A DNA stretch of 42,862 nucleotides, from the sequence record SRR31156797_124, one strand, 5' to 3'. The translations under genes were made by a program, and so were the position numbers. Under the pieces are notes generated by a model, which saw nothing but the letters and a program-made list of their open reading frames with translations, ran no database searches and was not told where the DNA came from. This document shows, piece after piece, positions 9,475 to 19,421 of the stretch (its first letter is position 1; each line of letters begins with the position of its first letter).

Positions 9475-9849
9475 ATGAAAATGAATATAAATGAGTTGAA
9501 TATTCTGTTTGGTAGGTGTTATAATAGTGGAGATTTTTCTGAACTTAAAGGTATTGTCGGATATAATGTTGTCTTAGAATCATTTGACTGTTTTTATAGA
9601 GTAGAGGGCATTGATAATGTCATTAATACCTTGAATAATTCTATAAAAAAACAAACAATAGCACATAAGGGTTATTACAAGTACAAAGGAATTATCTTTT
9701 GGCATGTAAAGGAATGTGTTATAATATGTGACGAAAATAGTCTACAAAGTATAAAGATGATAAAAATCACTAGGAAGAGAAAAACCTTATTGATTGAAGG
9801 TATTAAGGCGAAGGATTGTCTACTGACACGAGGGGAAATTATAAAATGA
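9475..9849 (+). CDS. Hypothetical protein, possibly NTF2/SnoaL-like
   Basis: Co-oriented ORF filling the gap; the N-terminal pattern YNSGDFSEL..VVLES..VEGIDNV loosely resembles NTF2-like folds. Confidence 0.5.
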   Translation: MKMNINELNILFGRCYNSGDFSELKGIVGYNVVLESFDCFYRVEGIDNVINTLNNSIKKQTIAHKGYYKYKGIIFWHVKECVIICDENSLQSIKMIKITRKRKTLLIEGIKAKDCLLTRGEIIK

Positions 9850-9862
9850 AAGGGCGAATATT

Positions 9863-10084
9863 ATGAACGAAGTTGTTACAAATGCTACATCACTATGGGA
9901 GAAGGCACAGGCTGGAGATATAACTGCATTCACAATATCAGACATTATTTGGGCAGTCGGACTCATTGTGTTGGCTGTATTAACAATAAAAATAGGATAT
10001 AAGTTGGCAAAGGTTATCTTTGTTCTGGTTGCTGTGGCAATTATTATTTATTTCTTGATTGCCAAGGGAATAATAGTGCTGTAG
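9863..10084 (+). CDS. Small membrane protein (two hydrophobic segments)
   Basis: GAAAGGG RBS; IIWAVGLIVLAVLTI and VIFVLVAVAIIIYFLI segments; followed by a terminator. Confidence 0.7.
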   Translation: MNEVVTNATSLWEKAQAGDITAFTISDIIWAVGLIVLAVLTIKIGYKLAKVIFVLVAVAIIIYFLIAKGIIVL

Positions 10085-10113
10085 AGTTATTAGCAAATTG
10101 TAAGCGATGAATG

Positions 10114-10140
10114 GGAGTGTTTGACAAAATACTCCTTTTT
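10114..10140 (+). terminator. Intrinsic terminator upstream of hisS
   Basis: GGAGTGTTT-GACA-AAATACTCC followed by TTTTT. Confidence 0.7.
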
Positions 10141-10200
10141 ACTTTATTAATTAATAGTTTATGATATAATATCAAGAAGATAAAAAAGCTAAAGGAAAAT

Positions 10201-11460
10201 GTGATGATAATTACAAATGCACCAAAGGGCACAAAGGATATATTGCCCATAGAGAGCTATAAATGGCAGTATATTGAGGAAACAATCAGAAATATATGCG
10301 ATTTGTTTAACTGCAGGGAAGTACGTGTTCCTACATTTGAGCATACGGAGCTTTTCCTCCGTAGTGTAGGAGACACTACAGATATAGTAAATAAAGAAAT
10401 GTATACTTTTGAGGATAAAGGCGGCAGAAGTATTACTCTGAAACCTGAGGGAACTGCAGGTGTTGCAAGATGTTTTCTTCAGAACAAAATATATGCTGGA
10501 ACACTGCCTGTTAAGATGTACTATCTGAACAGTCCTACATTCCGCTACGAGAGACCGCAGGCTGGCAGATATCGTGAACATCATCAGTTTGGTGTTGAAG
10601 TGTTTGGCAGTGATTCACCAAGTATTGAAGCTGAGATAATATCTATTGCTATGATGCTGCTAAATAATCTTGGGCTAAAGAATCTGGTACTGAACATTAA
10701 TTCAATTGGCTGTAAAGAATGCAGACCAAATTATAATAAAGCTTTATTGGAATACTTTGAAGGCTCTATTGATAATATGTGTGAATCATGCAAATCAAGA
10801 TACAAGACTAATCCGCTTAGAATACTGGACTGTAAAAATGACGGGTGCAAAGAAATCGTAGAAAACGCACCTACTACTCTTGAGTATTTATGTGATAACT
10901 GCAGTAATCATTTTGATAAATTAAAGGATTTGCTTGATGAAATTGATATATCATATGTTGTAAATACCAGTATTGTACGTGGCCTTGATTACTATACAGG
11001 ACCTGTATTTGAAATAATTACAGAGTCAATCGGTGCACAGGGAACTGTGTGCGGAGGCGGCAGATATAATGATTTGATTGAAGAAATTGGGGGCACACCA
11101 ACTCCAGCTGCTGGGTTTGGTCTGGGTATGGAGCGCTTGCTGCTTGTTATGGAGAATGACAAGGCTAATATTCCAGAACCTAATCAGATTGATATTTACT
11201 TTGCGGCATTAGGTGAAGCTGAGCAGGTAAAGTCGCTGAAGCTGGCAGCAGATTTGCGAAGCATAGGATATAAAGTGGAAACAGTACATAATCTAAAGTC
11301 ATTGAAAGCACAAATGAAATATGCAAATAAGATAGGTGCTAGGTTTACTGTAATTTTAGGTAGTGATGAGCTGTCTAAAGGAGTAGTTACACTGCGAAAT
11401 ATGGCTGATAGTTCAGAGGAGCAGGTAGCTTTTGATGATATAAAAGGATATTTAGGATAG
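10201..11460 (+). CDS. hisS: Histidine--tRNA ligase
   Basis: PKGTKD, KEMYTF, LKPEGTA, FRYERPQAGRYREHHQ, RGLDYY, GGGRY and GFGLGMERL motifs. Start is GTG 10201 or ATG 10204. Confidence 0.98.
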   Translation: MMIITNAPKGTKDILPIESYKWQYIEETIRNICDLFNCREVRVPTFEHTELFLRSVGDTTDIVNKEMYTFEDKGGRSITLKPEGTAGVARCFLQNKIYAGTLPVKMYYLNSPTFRYERPQAGRYREHHQFGVEVFGSDSPSIEAEIISIAMMLLNNLGLKNLVLNINSIGCKECRPNYNKALLEYFEGSIDNMCESCKSRYKTNPLRILDCKNDGCKEIVENAPTTLEYLCDNCSNHFDKLKDLLDEIDISYVVNTSIVRGLDYYTGPVFEIITESIGAQGTVCGGGRYNDLIEEIGGTPTPAAGFGLGMERLLLVMENDKANIPEPNQIDIYFAALGEAEQVKSLKLAADLRSIGYKVETVHNLKSLKAQMKYANKIGARFTVILGSDELSKGVVTLRNMADSSEEQVAFDDIKGYLG

Positions 11461-11472
11461 GGGAGTATAGAT

Positions 11473-13245
11473 ATGAGAGTAAGTAATGCATACGGAAGAA
11501 CCCATATGTGCGGTGAGGTAAACGAATTATTAGCTGGTGAGAAAGTAACATTGATGGGCTGGGTACAAAAGCGCCGTGATTTAGGACAATTGATTTTTTT
11601 GTGGCTAAGAGATAGGACAGGCATTGTGCAGATTATGCTGGATGGAAATATTCACAGTGATTTGCTGTCTATCGGTTCACAAATTCGTTCTGAATACGTT
11701 ATAAAGACCACAGGTATTGTCAAGCTTCGTGATGAGAAGAATATTAATGCAGATCTTGCAACAGGTAAGATAGAAGTTATTGCCGAGGAAATAGAGATAA
11801 TCAATGTCAGCGAGACACCTCCATTTGGAATAGAGGAAGATGTAAACGAAGAACTGCGTCTGAAATACCGTTATCTTGATTTACGAAGTGAAAAAGTACG
11901 AAATACTATTATGCTAAAGGCAAAGGTTGCATCAGCATTTAGAAGCTTCCTAGACAGCGAAGGCTTTGTTGATATTGAGACACCAATACTTACGAAATCC
12001 ACTCCTGAGGGCGCCAGAGACTATCTAGTGCCTTCCAGAATCCATGATGAGGGATATTATGCCTTGCCTCAGTCACCTCAGCTATTTAAGCAAATGCTGA
12101 TGGTCGCAGGCTATGATAAATATTATCAATTGGCTAGGTGCTTCCGAGATGAAGATTTGCGTGCTGACAGACAGCCGGAATTCACCCAAGTTGATATGGA
12201 GATGAGCTTTGTTGACAGTGAGGATGTCATAGATGTCAATGAAAGACTGATGAAGCATGTCTTTAAAAACACGATGGATATGGATGTTCAAATACCATTT
12301 GACAGACTGACATACAAAGAAGCAATGGAGCGATATGGTTCGGATAAGCCTGATACCAGATTTGATATGGAGATTAAGATTCTCAATGATTTGGTTGCTG
12401 ATTGCGGCTTTAAAGTATTTTCTGGTGCGGTTGCAAATGGCGGAGTTGTTAGTGCTATCAATGCAAAGGGTTCTAAATTCTCTAGAAAGACTATTGATAA
12501 GCTGACAGACACTGCGAAGCTGTACGGAGCTAAGGGTCTGGCATGGATTATAGTAAATGAAGAAGAAGTCAAATCGCCGATTGCAAAATTTTTAGGCGAA
12601 GATTTGACAGCAAAAATTGTGGAGGAAATGGATGCTAAAGCTGGAGATGTAATATTAATTGTTGCTGACAGCTGGCATACTTCTCTGAATGCTATGGGGC
12701 AGCTGCGATTAGATGTGGCAAAGCGTCTTGATATAATTGATGAAGATAAATTTAATTTCTTGTGGGTAGTTGATTTTCCGCTTCTTGAGTACAATGAAGA
12801 ACAGGGCAGATATACAGCTATGCATCATCCATTTTGTTCACCTCTTGATAGTGATGTTGATATGCTTGAAGCTGAGCCCCAGAATGTTCGTGCGAAGGCA
12901 TATGACATTGTATTAAACGGGCATGAGATTGGCGGCGGAAGCATCAGAATACATAAGGCAGACTTACAGAAAAAGGTGTTTAATGCCCTTGGATTTACTG
13001 ATGAATCTTCACAGAATCAGTTTGGCTTCCTACTGGAGTCATTCAAATATGGTACGCCTCCTCATGGCGGATTGGCATATGGTTTGGACAGACTGATAAT
13101 GATTATGGCAAAAGGCGAGAGTATTCGTGATGCTATTGCATTCCCTAAGAATAAATCTGCCTCATGTCTTCTAACATCTGCTCCAAGTCCAGTATCCAAT
13201 GCACAATTGTCAGAACTAAAGATTGCAAACATTAAGGATAAATAA
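11473..13245 (+). CDS. aspS: Aspartate--tRNA ligase
   Basis: RLKYRYLDLR, TPEGARDY, LPQSPQLFKQ, FRDEDLRADRQPEFTQ, HHPF, GGGSIRI and PPHGG motifs. Confidence 0.98.
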   Translation: MRVSNAYGRTHMCGEVNELLAGEKVTLMGWVQKRRDLGQLIFLWLRDRTGIVQIMLDGNIHSDLLSIGSQIRSEYVIKTTGIVKLRDEKNINADLATGKIEVIAEEIEIINVSETPPFGIEEDVNEELRLKYRYLDLRSEKVRNTIMLKAKVASAFRSFLDSEGFVDIETPILTKSTPEGARDYLVPSRIHDEGYYALPQSPQLFKQMLMVAGYDKYYQLARCFRDEDLRADRQPEFTQVDMEMSFVDSEDVIDVNERLMKHVFKNTMDMDVQIPFDRLTYKEAMERYGSDKPDTRFDMEIKILNDLVADCGFKVFSGAVANGGVVSAINAKGSKFSRKTIDKLTDTAKLYGAKGLAWIIVNEEEVKSPIAKFLGEDLTAKIVEEMDAKAGDVILIVADSWHTSLNAMGQLRLDVAKRLDIIDEDKFNFLWVVDFPLLEYNEEQGRYTAMHHPFCSPLDSDVDMLEAEPQNVRAKAYDIVLNGHEIGGGSIRIHKADLQKKVFNALGFTDESSQNQFGFLLESFKYGTPPHGGLAYGLDRLIMIMAKGESIRDAIAFPKNKSASCLLTSAPSPVSNAQLSELKIANIKDK

Positions 13246-13250
13246 AGCAA

Positions 13251-13940
13251 ATGGATTTATCTAGGGTAAAAGCTCTATTTGGTGAAACAGCTGTAAATAG
13301 ACTGAAAAGCTCTAATGTTGCTGTTATCGGCTTAGGCGGTGTTGGAGGTATTTGTGTCGAAGCTCTGGTTAGGTGCGGTGTAGGCAGCATTACAGTCTGT
13401 GACGGTGATATGGTAGAGGAAAGTAATTTAAACAGACAGATTGTTGCAACTAGCAAAAATATTAACTGTAATAAAGCGCATGAAATGGCAGACAGACTGC
13501 TCTTAATAAATCCTGATCTGAATATTAATATAGTAGATGATTACTGGAAGGAGGATAATAACTTCATAGAAGGCAATTCATATAATTATATAGTTGATGC
13601 AATTGATTCCATGAAGGACAAGATTCAGCTGATTGTCTACTGTAAGGAAAATAACATACCAATAATTTCTGCAATGGGAGCAGGATGCAGGATACATAGC
13701 AATATGTTCCGAGTAACTGATGTTTATAAGACGTTCAATGATCCATTGGCAAAAAAAATGCGGTATGAACTAAAAAAGAAAAATATCAAATCTCACACGG
13801 TTGTATTTTCTGAGGAAAAACCTATTAAGGCTGAGGGTGTAATAGGCAGTGTAATGTTTGCTGCCAGTGCATGCGGCCTGCTTCTGTGTGAACATGTGGT
13901 ATTGGAATTGATTAAAGAAAAAGCTGATGATTTTGGCTGA
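13251..13940 (+). CDS. tcdA: ThiF-family tRNA threonylcarbamoyladenosine dehydratase
   Basis: GLGGVG, DGDMV, SNLNRQ, VDAID, SAMGAG, DPLAKKMR and VFSEE motifs; lies after aspS like B. subtilis yrvM. Confidence 0.88.
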   Translation: MDLSRVKALFGETAVNRLKSSNVAVIGLGGVGGICVEALVRCGVGSITVCDGDMVEESNLNRQIVATSKNINCNKAHEMADRLLLINPDLNINIVDDYWKEDNNFIEGNSYNYIVDAIDSMKDKIQLIVYCKENNIPIISAMGAGCRIHSNMFRVTDVYKTFNDPLAKKMRYELKKKNIKSHTVVFSEEKPIKAEGVIGSVMFAASACGLLLCEHVVLELIKEKADDFG

Positions 13941-13951
13941 AAGGTATAGCG

Positions 13952-14386
13952 ATGGGACATACTCACACAGAAAACACACACCCAAAAGGGATAGTAAGAA
14001 CAGTAAATCAAGATAATATAATAGTGATTTTTTCCAGAAGTTCTGCATGCGGTAAATGCGAGGCATGTGGTCTGTTGAAAGAAACCGGAGAAATGTATTT
14101 AGAATTTGAGAATAATGGAGATGTTAAGGTAGGGGATTTAGTAAATGTCTATGTTGATGAGAGATTCTTCCTGGTATCAGCATTATTGCTTTACGGACTG
14201 CCTTTGATTGTATTGATATTAGGAATAGGAATATCTAGTTTATTCTTCTATGAGGGATACTATCAGATGATTTCAGCGGTAATTGGCATTGCTTTATCAG
14301 CAGCTACATATTTTGTGCTGAAGAGATTTGATGGATATTTTGCAAAGCTAAAGACAGAATTCATGAAATATTCTATTGATGCATAA
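13952..14386 (+). CDS. RseC/MucC-family membrane protein (SoxR reducing system RseC)
   Basis: RSSACGKCEACG, VGDLV, LLYGLPL and two TM segments. Confidence 0.82.
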   Translation: MGHTHTENTHPKGIVRTVNQDNIIVIFSRSSACGKCEACGLLKETGEMYLEFENNGDVKVGDLVNVYVDERFFLVSALLLYGLPLIVLILGIGISSLFFYEGYYQMISAVIGIALSAATYFVLKRFDGYFAKLKTEFMKYSIDA

Positions 14387-14391
14387 AAGAG

Positions 14392-14420
14392 TTGTAAATT
14401 TATACATGTATATGTATAAT
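14392..14420 (+). promoter_or_regulatory. sigmaA promoter of glyA with overlapping inverted repeat
   Basis: TTGTAA (14392-14397), 17 bp spacer, TATAAT (14415-14420). Confidence 0.65.
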
Positions 14421-14468
14421 GTAACACGAACATTATTTTAAAATTTATATATAAGGTTAGGAGTTATC

Positions 14469-15722
14469 ATGATAGATTTCAAAGAGATTTTTGCAGTTGA
14501 TGAGGAAATTGGCAAGGCACTTTCTGACGAACTAACAAGGCAAAGAGAACATCTGGAGCTAATTGCGTCTGAGAATTTTGTTTCACCTGCAGTACTGGCA
14601 GCAGCAGGTTCTCACTTGACTAATAAATATGCTGAAGGGTATCCCGGCAAACGTTACTACGGCGGATGTGAATTCGTTGATGTAGCTGAAAATCTGGCTA
14701 TTGATAGAGCAAAAGTGCTTTTTGGATGTGATCATGCTAATGTTCAGCCTCATTCTGGTGCACAGGCAAATACTGCTGTATATTTTGCAATGCTAAAACC
14801 GGGAGACACTATACTTGGTATGAATTTATCTCACGGCGGACACTTGACTCATGGAAGTCCAGTAAATATTTCTGGTAAGTATTTCAATATTGTTCCTTAT
14901 ATGGTTGATAAGGAAACTGAGACAATAGATTACGATGGATTGATGGAATTAGCTAAAGAAAGCAAACCAAAGATGATAGTCGCTGGAGCAAGTGCATATC
15001 CAAGAGCTATTGACTTTGCTAAGTTTAAGGAAATTGCTGATGCTGTAGGTGCGTACCTAATGGTTGATATTGCTCATATTGCCGGCTTAGTAGCAGCAGG
15101 ATTGCACCAAAGTCCAGTTCCATATGCGGATTTTGTAACTACAACGACGCATAAGACGTTAAGAGGTCCTCGAGGTGGTATGATTATGTGCAAGCAGGAA
15201 TATGCAAAGAAGATAAATAGTGCTATATTCCCTGGTACGCAGGGCGGACCTTTGATGCATATAATCGCCGCAAAGGCAGTAGCATTTAAGGAAGCCTTAA
15301 AAGAAGAATTCAAAGCATATCAAAAGCAAATTATATTAAATGCCAAAGCTCTGGCACAATCCTTGACAGATAACGGATGCAGATTAGTTTCAGGCGGTAC
15401 AGACAATCATATGATGCTTATAGATCTTACTAACTTCGATAAAACAGGTAAAGAGATTGAGGCACTGCTTGGTATGGCGAATATTACTGTTAACAAAAAT
15501 ACAATACCATTTGAAACGAAAAGTCCATTTGTGACATCAGGTATCAGAGTTGGTACTCCTGCACTTACATCACGCGGCATGAAAGAAGCAGAAATGGTTA
15601 AAGTCGGTAACCTTATTGCAAAGCTGATAAAAGAGGGTGAATCAGCTGTCGAGGAAGTTAAAGAAGAGGTTCTGGACTTATGCAGCAATTTTAAGCTATA
15701 CGAAGGTCATGTAATCGAGTAA
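14469..15722 (+). CDS. glyA: Serine hydroxymethyltransferase
   Basis: [56 protein letters not shown] and SGIRVGT motifs. Confidence 0.98.
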   Translation: MIDFKEIFAVDEEIGKALSDELTRQREHLELIASENFVSPAVLAAAGSHLTNKYAEGYPGKRYYGGCEFVDVAENLAIDRAKVLFGCDHANVQPHSGAQANTAVYFAMLKPGDTILGMNLSHGGHLTHGSPVNISGKYFNIVPYMVDKETETIDYDGLMELAKESKPKMIVAGASAYPRAIDFAKFKEIADAVGAYLMVDIAHIAGLVAAGLHQSPVPYADFVTTTTHKTLRGPRGGMIMCKQEYAKKINSAIFPGTQGGPLMHIIAAKAVAFKEALKEEFKAYQKQIILNAKALAQSLTDNGCRLVSGGTDNHMMLIDLTNFDKTGKEIEALLGMANITVNKNTIPFETKSPFVTSGIRVGTPALTSRGMKEAEMVKVGNLIAKLIKEGESAVEEVKEEVLDLCSNFKLYEGHVIE

Positions 15723-15733
15723 AGGACTATATT

Positions 15734-16123
15734 ATGCATGAATTTACAGTAAATACTACAAAAAAATCTCAGCTAATAGATATTACAAAGTCATTGAACA
15801 AAATAATTAGCCAGGATGAAGTAAAAGACGGCATTATGTTGGTATATGTACCTCATACAACAGCTGGTGTTACCATCAATGAAAATGGAGACCCTGACGT
15901 GAAGAGGGATGTGTTACTGCAATTAGATGAGATTGCACCTGATAACCCTAAGTTTCAGCATTTTGAAGGTAATTCTGATGCCCATGTGAAATCTAGTCTA
16001 GTAGGATGTAGTGAGCATGTCATTATCGAAAATGGCAAATTAAAGCTGGGAACTTGGCAGAGTGTGTATTTTGCTGAATTCGATGGTCCAAGACATCGAA
16101 AGGTTTGGATTAAAATAATTTAG
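15734..16123 (+). CDS. yjbQ: YjbQ/UPF0047 family protein
   Basis: PHTTAG, INEN, GNSDAH, LGTWQ and EFDGPR motifs. Confidence 0.9.
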   Translation: MHEFTVNTTKKSQLIDITKSLNKIISQDEVKDGIMLVYVPHTTAGVTINENGDPDVKRDVLLQLDEIAPDNPKFQHFEGNSDAHVKSSLVGCSEHVIIENGKLKLGTWQSVYFAEFDGPRHRKVWIKII

Positions 16124-16135
16124 TTTATCTACTAT

Positions 16136-16170
16136 AAAAGTGCTTATACCCTATCATATAAGCACTTTTT
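16136..16170. terminator. Bidirectional intrinsic terminator
   Basis: AAAAGTGCTTATA-CCCTATCA-TATAAGCACTTTT between convergent genes. Confidence 0.85.
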
Positions 16171-16179
16171 ATTGTTAAA

Positions 16180-17715
16180 TCAGAAATCTTCTGGTGATAG
16201 ACCACTAGTATTGGGATTGCTGCCATCCAGCTTTCCAAGAATAATAGTAGTTTTTTTATACGGTTCATGGAAACTTAATACATTGGACACAGAAGCATAT
16301 TGTCCTGCGTTAGAAAACATATAAACTTCACCATACCAAACTTCACCTGTTGCGTACCGAAACACATAATCTCCTTCAGGTAAAGATGTTGTTATTGAGC
16401 TGTTAGATTTAATATATGCACTATAAACCGTGTTGCCTGTAGTATTTGATTGTGAATTATAGGAATGAATCTTAATGTAACTATCAAAATCAAGGTCTGA
16501 TTTTATCTCCAGAACTCGGTATTCAGCATCATTGAAGGCAGTGTACATTTGAGTAGTTTCTCCGATTTGTCTCTCTTGATAGAAGTAGGCATTGTTTAGC
16601 AGCTGCCACTTTTCCTCAACCATTGAACCTAGAGACTTCATATTATTTAACAAATCTTCAGCCATAGCTACCATCACTTTGTCAACAATAGCAGTATTGT
16701 TTGTCAAAGATATATCATCTAATACAATTTGCTTTGATTGTATTCCATCAGTTTCCGTAGCTGTATAGCTATTGACATAATATACCATATCCTCAATCAC
16801 TTTAACCTTGACTGTTGAAGTCTGTTTCACGCTAACATATTCATCTAAAAGCGTATTTATAGAGTTCTCGAAGATTACTAAGCCATCTTGACTATTATAG
16901 TCAATTATTAATTTATTAGCATCACTTGGTAAAACAGTGCTTTCCTCATTATTCGCGAACACTACACTTGTTATTTCAATATTACTAATATATTGATTAA
17001 CAAATGCCGTATACAAATCAGTCAAGGTACTGTCAAGAACATTTGGATTATTATTATTAATATAATTATACAGTTCTTCAGCGCTGATTTCTTCAAGAGT
17101 TTTTATGAAACTTACACCCTGAATATCAGGATTATTCATATACTCTTGATAGCGGTTTAGCAAATTAGTATAAAAATAATTATTCATAGTTTCTAAATCT
17201 TCATCATCCAGAGTAACAATTATATTATCTGTATCAGATTTATCAATTGCAGCAGTAATCTCGTGCTCATATGTATATCTAGAAATATCATCAAGATAAT
17301 CATCCAGCTGGTCAATGAAATTTACATTAACTTGGGCTAAAAACTGTTCGTAATTTGTATAATTAGTTGACAGTGTATTTGTAAATACCAACTCCCCTAA
17401 GTCAACAGATGTTACCTTAACAGATATTTTATTATCACCATTTGTTATTAACTGGGACAGTCTGTCATAGTCTATTATCAAATTATCCATGCATTTTGAA
17501 ACCAGGCTCATAGTTTTAATATAAGTTTCTGATGTATATTTGGGGCGATAGTTATCAATTTGATTTACTATTTCATTTAAAGCCTGATTATCTTCTGTAA
17601 CTTTAAGCCTATGGATTTTGGCAAGTTCGCCTTTATCCTGCAGAATTCTAGAGCTTAACGAAGTGAGTATCAGGCAAATAATTATGATAATAATCACTTT
17701 TAATACTTTTCTCAT
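16180..17715 (-). CDS. Hypothetical N-terminally anchored or secreted protein
   Basis: MRKVLK plus a hydrophobic stretch; acidic N/D/T-rich body; C-terminal beta-rich module (LPEGDYVFRYATGEVWYG...PEDF); GAGGAG RBS; ATGA overlap with the upstream gene. Confidence 0.8.
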   Translation of the reverse strand: MRKVLKVIIIIIICLILTSLSSRILQDKGELAKIHRLKVTEDNQALNEIVNQIDNYRPKYTSETYIKTMSLVSKCMDNLIIDYDRLSQLITNGDNKISVKVTSVDLGELVFTNTLSTNYTNYEQFLAQVNVNFIDQLDDYLDDISRYTYEHEITAAIDKSDTDNIIVTLDDEDLETMNNYFYTNLLNRYQEYMNNPDIQGVSFIKTLEEISAEELYNYINNNNPNVLDSTLTDLYTAFVNQYISNIEITSVVFANNEESTVLPSDANKLIIDYNSQDGLVIFENSINTLLDEYVSVKQTSTVKVKVIEDMVYYVNSYTATETDGIQSKQIVLDDISLTNNTAIVDKVMVAMAEDLLNNMKSLGSMVEEKWQLLNNAYFYQERQIGETTQMYTAFNDAEYRVLEIKSDLDFDSYIKIHSYNSQSNTTGNTVYSAYIKSNSSITTSLPEGDYVFRYATGEVWYGEVYMFSNAGQYASVSNVLSFHEPYKKTTIILGKLDGSNPNTSGLSPEDF

Positions 17716-19259
17716 TGTAGCTCCTCTTGACTTGTGTCTTTTCTGTTGTAGTGGGTATTAAATTCGTTAAAACCATTTGTAATTTCGAAACCGAATATCG
17801 AATTATTGGAGAATAGTGTTTTGCAGACTGTGCTTTCGCTATCAATCGAAGGACAGTTATTTATAAATACATATCCTAGGTTAAAAAGATTATCAAAAGG
17901 ATAAGATGGTAAAAACGAAGTACAGTCAGAAACTTTGAGCATATTAAAATTGATAATATTATCCATACCAATAATATCCTGAAGGCTTGCACAATCATTA
18001 ATTTCAATTATTCTAATACTAGCTTGAGGATTCTTTATCTGAATCAGCTTAATTGTATTATTTGAGGATAATCTTAGCCTTTCGATGTTATTTACGTTTG
18101 ACAAAGTGGTAGATATATCAATATTATCACAGTCTATTATCTCCAAGTTGTTAATGCTGGTGTTTTGTAGTATTTCTTCGATGTCTGCGTTATATGTAGA
18201 ATTTTTGAGGATAAGTGTTCCTAGGTTATTTAGTACAGATAGACTGCTTATAATGGGATTATCTATTCCGTCTAAGACTAATAATTGTATGTTTTCAGCC
18301 TGTAATATACATGAATAGTCTTCAATATTGCTATTTCCAATGATATACAATTCATTTAGATTGGGCAACGAAAGAATACTTGAAATATCGTTTAGCATTT
18401 CAGTATTATAAATATATAGTGTACTTATATCATTATATTGCCCTGTAATACTACTGATTTCCACGCTATCTATTGCGTTGAGCAAATAGAGTTTATCAAT
18501 AACGCTGATACCTCGTACGCAATTGTTTTCATCGTACGCAATCATTTTGATTCTGTTGCTTCCTGATATATCATTGGTATCAACACGAATAGTATCACTG
18601 GATTTTCTGCTGGAATAGAGTATATCATTAATATATAGCTCGACACCATATGTTTCATCAATCAATTCCATCTTATGTAATGGGAATGAGAAATATATAC
18701 CATTAGTATCGTGTATTTTTTGGCTTATTTTTATACATGGGTTAATATAGATTTGAGCATTCGTTCCCTTTAATTCCCTGAAATCATTTTCAAGTTTCAA
18801 TTCATCCTCAAGCAGATAGTGGATATTAGTAGTAATTGTTTGGGTATACCCACCCTTAATATTATCATCGGCTGCTTTTACTTCAATAAGAAATGTAAAG
18901 TTACCAATCATTCCATATGCATAATACTCATTATCGAAATAATATTCCGTTTTGTAATCAATATTGTTCCGGCCTTGCATTACTGTAGAGAAAAAACCTG
19001 CTATATTTTCATATGAATCAGTACTTGCACTTGTCGTATATATAGTGTGAGTTTTGCTGTCGTATGCATAGCTTATAATATCTGATTTTTCATATTGAGG
19101 CAGGTAGTCATAAGGATATTCAGGGGTTTTTTCAAATAGAAGTCTGAGATTATCACGGATTGTAGTTAGCTCAAATTCATTTAATTCGTCACTGTCACAT
19201 CCTGATAGAAGAACTCCAATTATTAAGATATATAATAAAATTTTTTTATTAAATTTCAT
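17712..19259 (-). CDS. Lipoprotein with C-terminal leucine-rich repeats
   Basis: Lipobox LLSG-C; repeated LxxLxIxN/C units (ISTLYIYN, LNELYIIGN, LGTLILKN, INNLEIIDC, IERLRLSSN, LGYVFINNC). Confidence 0.8.
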   Translation of the reverse strand: MKFNKKILLYILIIGVLLSGCDSDELNEFELTTIRDNLRLLFEKTPEYPYDYLPQYEKSDIISYAYDSKTHTIYTTSASTDSYENIAGFFSTVMQGRNNIDYKTEYYFDNEYYAYGMIGNFTFLIEVKAADDNIKGGYTQTITTNIHYLLEDELKLENDFRELKGTNAQIYINPCIKISQKIHDTNGIYFSFPLHKMELIDETYGVELYINDILYSSRKSSDTIRVDTNDISGSNRIKMIAYDENNCVRGISVIDKLYLLNAIDSVEISSITGQYNDISTLYIYNTEMLNDISSILSLPNLNELYIIGNSNIEDYSCILQAENIQLLVLDGIDNPIISSLSVLNNLGTLILKNSTYNADIEEILQNTSINNLEIIDCDNIDISTTLSNVNNIERLRLSSNNTIKLIQIKNPQASIRIIEINDCASLQDIIGMDNIINFNMLKVSDCTSFLPSYPFDNLFNLGYVFINNCPSIDSESTVCKTLFSNNSIFGFEITNGFNEFNTHYNRKDTSQEELQ

Positions 19260-19421
19260 ATAAACTCCATTACACTATTAACATTATAATATAATGATTT
19301 AATCTTATTGTAAACAAAAATATCATTTGCAGATTAGTGTTAATACCTTATTATTATTATTTGATTCGCAATATTAGGATATAGTATAATAAAACATATA
19401 AATATATTTAGCAGGTTTGAA

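Noticed and set aside
10085-10200. His/Asp T-box upstream of hisS
   Set aside because: The region is too short and has no GGTGG-ACC motif; it holds only a terminator and a TATAAT element. The TTGACA there lies within the terminator hairpin.
13245-13251. 6S RNA between aspS and tcdA, as in B. subtilis
   Set aside because: Only 5 bp separate the genes.
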